64,000 nt of DNA, from contig JBDOQK010000003.1 of the NCBI GenBank assembly GCA_040437565.1, positions 620,001-684,000 on the forward strand, written 5' to 3'. Below the pieces are notes generated by a model. The model did no database searches, was not told the DNA's origin, and saw nothing but the letters and a program-made list of their open reading frames with translations. The position numbers and the translations under genes are program-made. The stretch comes from Albugo candida. Taxonomy: Eukaryota. Shown piece after piece: positions 58,475 through 64,000 of this stretch. The first letter of the stretch is position 1. Every line of letters begins with the position of its first letter.

Positions 58475-59350
58475 ATGAATCGGATCGAACATCTAAGTCG
58501 CTGTCGTGAATCTCGCAGTGGCTATCCACCTGAAGATAAGGTCCTTCGTCGACGTCAACAGTATCGCATTCATCAACAGCGACATCGAGCACGACTGAAA
58601 AATCGAATGGGATGTCTTCAAAGCGATGTTGACAGTTTGAGCAAGCAAATTGCAACATTAGAGTCAAAAAGAAAGCAAATGCAGCAATATATCGCCATTC
58701 CGCACCGGACTGTATTAGACATAAAGCTTCCGCTCAGATTTGTGACTGAATTTCTTCAACTCTTCAAACATGGATATAATTTCAAGAATCCGTCCAAGCA
58801 AGAAACTTTTCTTCGCACTCAGGCTCGCCATAATCTAGAGTTGTATGATATCCAAGGACTCGAAAATCATATTGATCAATGGAAACTGTATGGTCGATTT
58901 TTCAAGATGTACCGCATTGCGTTCAATGATCTATTCATCCAAGTCTTCGACTCGGAGACGATCGTGACTGTCCGAACCGATATTGCAATCAGCCCAACCC
59001 GAGAAGGCGTTCTGGCATTGCATCCACGCTTGAACGGGTGTGAAAGGGGAGTTCAGAAGTTGGTCCAAACAAAATTAGCTGTGCCGACAAAACTTGAGTT
59101 TCATTTCGATACAAGCGGACTATTATGCAAATTTTTTGTGAGTGGTTGTTACCCACGCATGTTGAGAGAATTGAATTTATCTCCGGATATCGTAGAGCTT
59201 CTATTTAATGATATGAGGATCAGCTCACTTAGCGGTGTAATTTACGCTTCTCCGAGCGTTCCAACGGTAAAAGAGTCAGTGGTACGCTCAAAGCTGAATA
59301 TCCAGTATTTGCTTGGTGACAAAGACAGCGACAATTCGGTCATGAGTTAG
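58475..59350 (+). CDS. Oomycete-type bZIP transcription factor (Tyr in place of the invariant Asn)
   Basis: RRRQQYRIHQQRHRAR basic region; zipper L..L..L heptads; oomycete bZIP C-terminal domain (EFLQLFKHGY..QETFL..IDQWKLY..FHFD); tail SKLNIQYLL. Confidence 0.85.
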   Translation: MNRIEHLSRCRESRSGYPPEDKVLRRRQQYRIHQQRHRARLKNRMGCLQSDVDSLSKQIATLESKRKQMQQYIAIPHRTVLDIKLPLRFVTEFLQLFKHGYNFKNPSKQETFLRTQARHNLELYDIQGLENHIDQWKLYGRFFKMYRIAFNDLFIQVFDSETIVTVRTDIAISPTREGVLALHPRLNGCERGVQKLVQTKLAVPTKLEFHFDTSGLLCKFFVSGCYPRMLRELNLSPDIVELLFNDMRISSLSGVIYASPSVPTVKESVVRSKLNIQYLLGDKDSDNSVMS

Positions 59351-61253
59351 TCACCATGAAAAATGTGCCGAGTAGATCATCTAAGAAGAATAAAGTGTCT
59401 ATTATAGTGAGATTTGTAGGTTGTGCATGCTTGAATTTAAAGAATTATTCGAAAATCATATAGGTCTTAGTCATCACGCATGTGATGTTCATTGTGTACC
59501 AAACTTCACAAGGTTAAGTACACTTTTCAACGTATGAAAAGAAAAACGTTACTGATGTACATTTAAAGACAGAACACTGCTTCCGATGGCCGCATGTTTT
59601 TCTATACAAATGGATATTCCAAGGAGGCGCATCTTTTCGAGGCATTCCAACATACTGTGAATCGCTCTTGCAAGCTCAACTTGTTTTAGCACGACTTCGT
59701 TAATACGTACCATGAAATACGCAAGATGTGCGATTGTTTATCTGACGGATCCATTCGCCTTGGTGCACAAACTAGTATATCAACGAAAGAATATGCTTGC
59801 TTTAGCATGAATACTTGATCGATTCGCAGCTCTGCTTGCGTAAGCTTCTCATCATATCATCTACTATCCGGGAAGTATGTGGCATTGGTGAGATCAAACC
59901 ATCAAAGGCTTTTTGTACGGGTTAACAGAAAGCTGCGGTATATTGTGGCGATCACAAGGTGTAAATTCCGGTTATCAGATGAGTATGTATAGACAAGATT
60001 TTCTGAGCCTTTTCGTGTTCGGAGAATAGACGTATCTCAATCTTAAACCCTCATGCAACCATTCCATTTTTGGAAGTCCGTTTATTGTAAGCGCCCATTC
60101 TCTCCCATTGTAGCAGCATGTCTCGAAAACGCAAAAAGTGGGAACGGTAATCCACGTTGTTCTGAATTATATGGGGAGTAGAGTGGTTGATAGAGAAAAC
60201 GTTTTGTCTTCCAGATTAGATGACTCTATACAGAGAGTAAATCGAATGTAGCGGATACGTGTGGAAAGAGTATCATTTGGATGAAGTTGGATTTCATCCT
60301 ATTTCTCATTCTCAAATGCTCCTTTCCCGTCGGATATCAAGTGGACAATCTTTACACTTGAATTAACTGAAATACAATGGCTAGATCCTTGCTAATTTAA
60401 TTTTCGGAAGAGAAGAAAGTATTACTGTACCACGGAGCAAGAGATCCCCACATCCTGACATACTCCCGTAATGCAGGCATCGCTTTTACTCAAGACAATT
60501 TCGTCTTTCCTCTGCAGCTGATATGTGATGGCAACAAAGTAAGGATCTTCCGTTATATCGATGCCCCTAGACATCTAGGTATTGAGTATAACAAAAATCA
60601 CTACTTCGTTTTGACAGCGAATAAGTATGAGGCAATCATGGGTATATGCTGACATTATACGCATCATGTGACACATCAACATGACACCACTTTGTCGCAA
60701 TCATTATGCTCGACTTTCTGAAGTTCTAGTATTGGCAGAACTATCAATGGTGCATGTCGCATGAAGGAGTAGTACGTGATGGTGCGCAAGCCTTCTATAT
60801 CTGGCGACTCAGCATACTACAGCGACACTGCACGCGAGTAATCGTATCCTCACGGAGCCACTCGAACAATAAGGTTTTAAACAGTGCAATTGCTTGTGTG
60901 GACCAATATTATAAGCCACCCACAAATTGATGCTCGTATCAGATGTGAAATCATCATCAATGTTCTAGCGCGCCATAAACCGCACATAATAACAAACGCA
61001 GGTTGCGAGTGTCTTTTCTCTCCGCGTGAACCACGTATTGCGACAATGACCTGTGCCCCGACTTGTTTAAGACTTTAAATGCAAAAGCACCAATTACGCA
61101 ATTATTGTGCAGTAAAATAGTAGTTGCCCAAGTTCTTAAAAGTAAGATCCCGAAAGACGCGTGTCTGAATCTGTACGTGAGTGTCCAGACGTTGGCTTTC
61201 GCACCTATCGGTAGAAACCTGCATTCTCAAACCCGACCCGTCCAGAATCGATC

Positions 61254-62696
61254 ATGAAATACATCGTACTCCTAAGCGTATGGCTTACGCCAATTCTGTG
61301 GTGCGATCAAGAAGGAATGCAGCGATGGGACGATACTGACTTCCAGCATCTTCTTAAAACTCGAATGTCAACTAAAAATCAGTATCCAACACCTTCCGAC
61401 GAAGAATTCGCTGCATTGATAGCTGAAGATATTACAATAAACACACAATCAGATCAGTGTAAAGTGATTCACACAAATTTTGTCATCCGTCATGGAACAC
61501 GTTTCCCCACTAAAAAAGTAATCAAAAAAATTTCAAATCTTTACAATCTTTTGGCCCAAATAAAACAATCAGACCAAAGTTCAAGTCTCAATGCGTTCGA
61601 TTGGCTCCTCTCATGGAATCCACCGTACAACACCGAAAATGAAGGCTCATTAGCACCAGCTGGCGAGATGGAAATGAAAGCTTTGGGAGGTCGTATCCGC
61701 GATCGATTCTATAACGGAAATGTACCCACTGCTTCGGATAACAAGCACTTCACATTCGAGCACACCTGGAAAATTCGAACCGCGCAGAGTGCCAAGGCTT
61801 TCGCGTCAGGTCTTTGCGACGAGCAACAGGACGATATCGAATACCGTTCAAATGCTGCTGGTGAAGACATGGTGCTACGCTTTTATGACAATTGTCCAGC
61901 ACTCGATGCACAATTAGCTGCTGATACTTCTCCTAGTCGCCACTATGAAGAATATCGTCACAGTGATCAGATGCAAAAAAATCTCAAGCACTTTCAGAAT
62001 TTATTTGGCCCACAAGGAAATCAACTGACTCAATCTCATTTAGAAGCAGCTTATGATGCGTGTGCGTTCGATGTTGCTTTGTTGGGAGAATGCTCACATT
62101 GGTGTCAGATTTTCAGATCGGATGGGCCTGAATTGCTGCTTTCTATGGATTACTTCAAAGATTTGAAGCACTTTTATCGCAAAAGTTATGGTACACCATT
62201 GGCGTACGAGATCGCCTCACCATTACTTCGCCAGATGATCGTCGAAATGCGCAATCGAACACTTGGGAAAAGTCAAGTTGGCGGTAGTTTTAAGTTTGCT
62301 CATGCCGAGACGATTTTACCTTTGGCTGCACTCATGGATATTTCATATTCAGACCGACACAAGACGAACACGCAAAGTCACATTGTTAGCACTACACCGC
62401 TGGAAGTCGCAGAAACACGTCAGTTCAAAGGAAGCTTGCTGGCTCCTTTTTCCGCCAACATTGGGTTTGTGCTTTACGAATGCACGCCACTTGCAGGAGG
62501 ACAAAAGGAAGGGGACCAAGTGATCGAAAAATCATATAAAGTAAAGACGTTGTACAATGAGCGGGTGGTGAGATTCTCAGCATGCGAGATGCAAGATCTA
62601 TGCTCGATCGAGCAATTGGAAACGCTGTTTAATCGATGGATTTATGAATTTGATTCAAGTCAAGTATGTGAAGTACCCGTAAGCAATCAAATGTAA
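61254..62696 (+). CDS. MINPP1: Multiple inositol polyphosphate phosphatase / histidine-acid phytase with signal peptide
   Basis: Signal-like MKYIVLLSVWLTPILW; RHGTRFP catalytic motif; LRFYDNC; FAHAETILP (HAE, MINPP-type); PFSANIGFVLYEC. Confidence 0.9.
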   Translation: MKYIVLLSVWLTPILWCDQEGMQRWDDTDFQHLLKTRMSTKNQYPTPSDEEFAALIAEDITINTQSDQCKVIHTNFVIRHGTRFPTKKVIKKISNLYNLLAQIKQSDQSSSLNAFDWLLSWNPPYNTENEGSLAPAGEMEMKALGGRIRDRFYNGNVPTASDNKHFTFEHTWKIRTAQSAKAFASGLCDEQQDDIEYRSNAAGEDMVLRFYDNCPALDAQLAADTSPSRHYEEYRHSDQMQKNLKHFQNLFGPQGNQLTQSHLEAAYDACAFDVALLGECSHWCQIFRSDGPELLLSMDYFKDLKHFYRKSYGTPLAYEIASPLLRQMIVEMRNRTLGKSQVGGSFKFAHAETILPLAALMDISYSDRHKTNTQSHIVSTTPLEVAETRQFKGSLLAPFSANIGFVLYECTPLAGGQKEGDQVIEKSYKVKTLYNERVVRFSACEMQDLCSIEQLETLFNRWIYEFDSSQVCEVPVSNQM

Positions 62697-62738
62697 TTGA
62701 TCTGTTTTCCGGCAATGTAATTGATGTGATTCCTCTGT

Positions 62739-64000
62739 CTATGATGACGGCTCGGGAAATCGTTTTTGAATCGTCCTCCTTTCTTCGATATGGGTGCAGG
62801 TGACGGGACCAGGGGGTAAAAATTGCCGGTTTGCATCGACATGACACTCACTCTGTAGCGCCACTTTTGTCTCTGGGGGATGGGAGAAGAAATTTTTATT
62901 TGTCATAGCTGGTGGATGAGCGGACTGCTCAATGTCGAATGCCTGATTGGCAAATTCTTTGTAATCAGAAGTTGTGTCAAGACCCACTGTAGCACACTGA
63001 TGCAGCACATTTAGACGTTCCTGACGGAGTGGATTGATGGGATCCACTTCTTCTTTGTGAGACTTCTTTGTATCTCCCTTACTCTGCAAGTCGCTCATCG
63101 CATCTTGTGTTCTTAAACAAGTGTCGTCTATTTCCGGTCCAGGTTCCTCGTGCTTCATGCTGTCGTTACTGTGCTTTTGTTGGCCATTCAGAAACATTTC
63201 TTCAAAAAAACGGAAATTCATCTCTTCTTGTTGCTTCTTCTCCAAGCGAATTTTCTCCATTTCAATTCTTTCGGCTTCTTGTGCTGCTTCTTGGTTCCCT
63301 GTAGCTTCCCATGCTCTTCCCCAAGCGTCCACTCTTCTTCTTTCCTCCGGAAACACAGGACGATCGTCCAGGTACTTTAATTGGCAGCAGCGATAAATCA
63401 CCGTTTTTCGATACTGTCTGATGTGTCTCACCACTTCGTTGCCCTGGAGATAAAGCACTTTGAGACTCGGCATTTGTGCGAGGATATCANNNNNNNNNNN
63501 NNNNNNNNNNNNNNNNNNNNNNNNNNNNNNNNNNNNNNNNNNNNNNNNNNNNNNNNNNNNNNNNNNNNNNNNNNNNNNNNNNNNNNNNNGAATTTTCTCC
63601 ATTTCGATTCTTTCAGCATCTTGTGCTGCTTCTTGGTTCCCTGTAGCTTCCCATACTCTTCCCCAAGCGTCCACTCTTCTTCTTTCCTCCGGAAACACAG
63701 GACGATCGTCCAGGTACTTTAATTGGCGGCAGCGATAAATCACCGTTTTTCGATACTGCCTGATATGTCTCACCACTTCGTTGCCCTGGAGATAAAGCAC
63801 TTTGAGACTCGGCATTTGTGCGAGGATATCAAGAACTTGAGGCTCTTTGAGTCGATTTTGCTGAATATCGAGGATCGATAATGCTGGAAGGTCAAGAACA
63901 TGGGCAATATCGGCCGGAGACTCTAATCGATTTCCTTTTAGAGTTAGACTCTACCCAGCAGAAATCAGCTTCTGATGGAGAAATCGGAAAGTAGGCGCAC
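62739..64000 (-). CDS. DNAAF1: Dynein axonemal assembly factor 1 (LRRC50/ODA7)-like LRR protein, 3' part
   Basis: [47 protein letters not shown] (LRRcap typical of ODA7); truncated by the window edge; gap-duplicated segment. Confidence 0.85.

Larger units (their letters stand above)
16808..63589. other. Thirteen 100-N scaffold gaps (starting 16808, 17678, 22545, 34399, 38537, 39673, 41805, 43299, 44155, 51801, 52668, 55725, 63490)
   Basis: Fixed-length N runs; nearly all are flanked by direct repeats of 16-2454 bp. Confidence 0.95.

Noticed and set aside
59351..61253. 1.9-kb intergenic region as a hidden gene or element
   Set aside because: No convincing ORF, splice pattern, terminal repeats or RNA motif recognised by eye

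Overview
Eukaryotic, compact, roughly 43% GC (estimated by eye) draft scaffold with short (~50-60 nt) GT-AG introns. Gene content and an oomycete-type bZIP point to an oomycete, probably Albugo-like (inference). 1-40 kb and 52-64 kb are gene-dense housekeeping blocks. They contain cytoplasmic dynein heavy chain (3' part), LETM1, a DEDD 3'-5' exonuclease, a COQ11/NDUFA9-like SDR, an axonemal-dynein-light-chain/IQ protein, a PA-RING E3, CCT1, a 7-exon EFG1 missed by the ORF track, PKA-R, an IQ-C2-PH-like protein, F-box/LRR, a C2H2 TF, a HAD hydrolase, a membrane-anchored PDE, DnaJ, an unannotated SRP (7SL) RNA gene, a DDT/WSD-like chromatin protein, Ysc84/SYLF, class II aldolase, APC6, a Tyr-type bZIP, a MINPP/phytase and DNAAF1. 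40.1-52.1 kb is a gene-poor island holding decayed ORFs (possible effector relics), a LINE with a 14-bp TSD, a 63-bp tandem array and a ~600-bp Mutator-like element with a 9-bp TSD. Thirteen 100-N gaps are mostly flanked by duplicated sequence (uncollapsed overlaps or haplotypes), so apparent tandem gene copies are mostly artefacts. I found no clearly new multi-gene system. The best leads are the SRP RNA, the two precisely bounded transposons, the pseudogene island and several unusual domain architectures.
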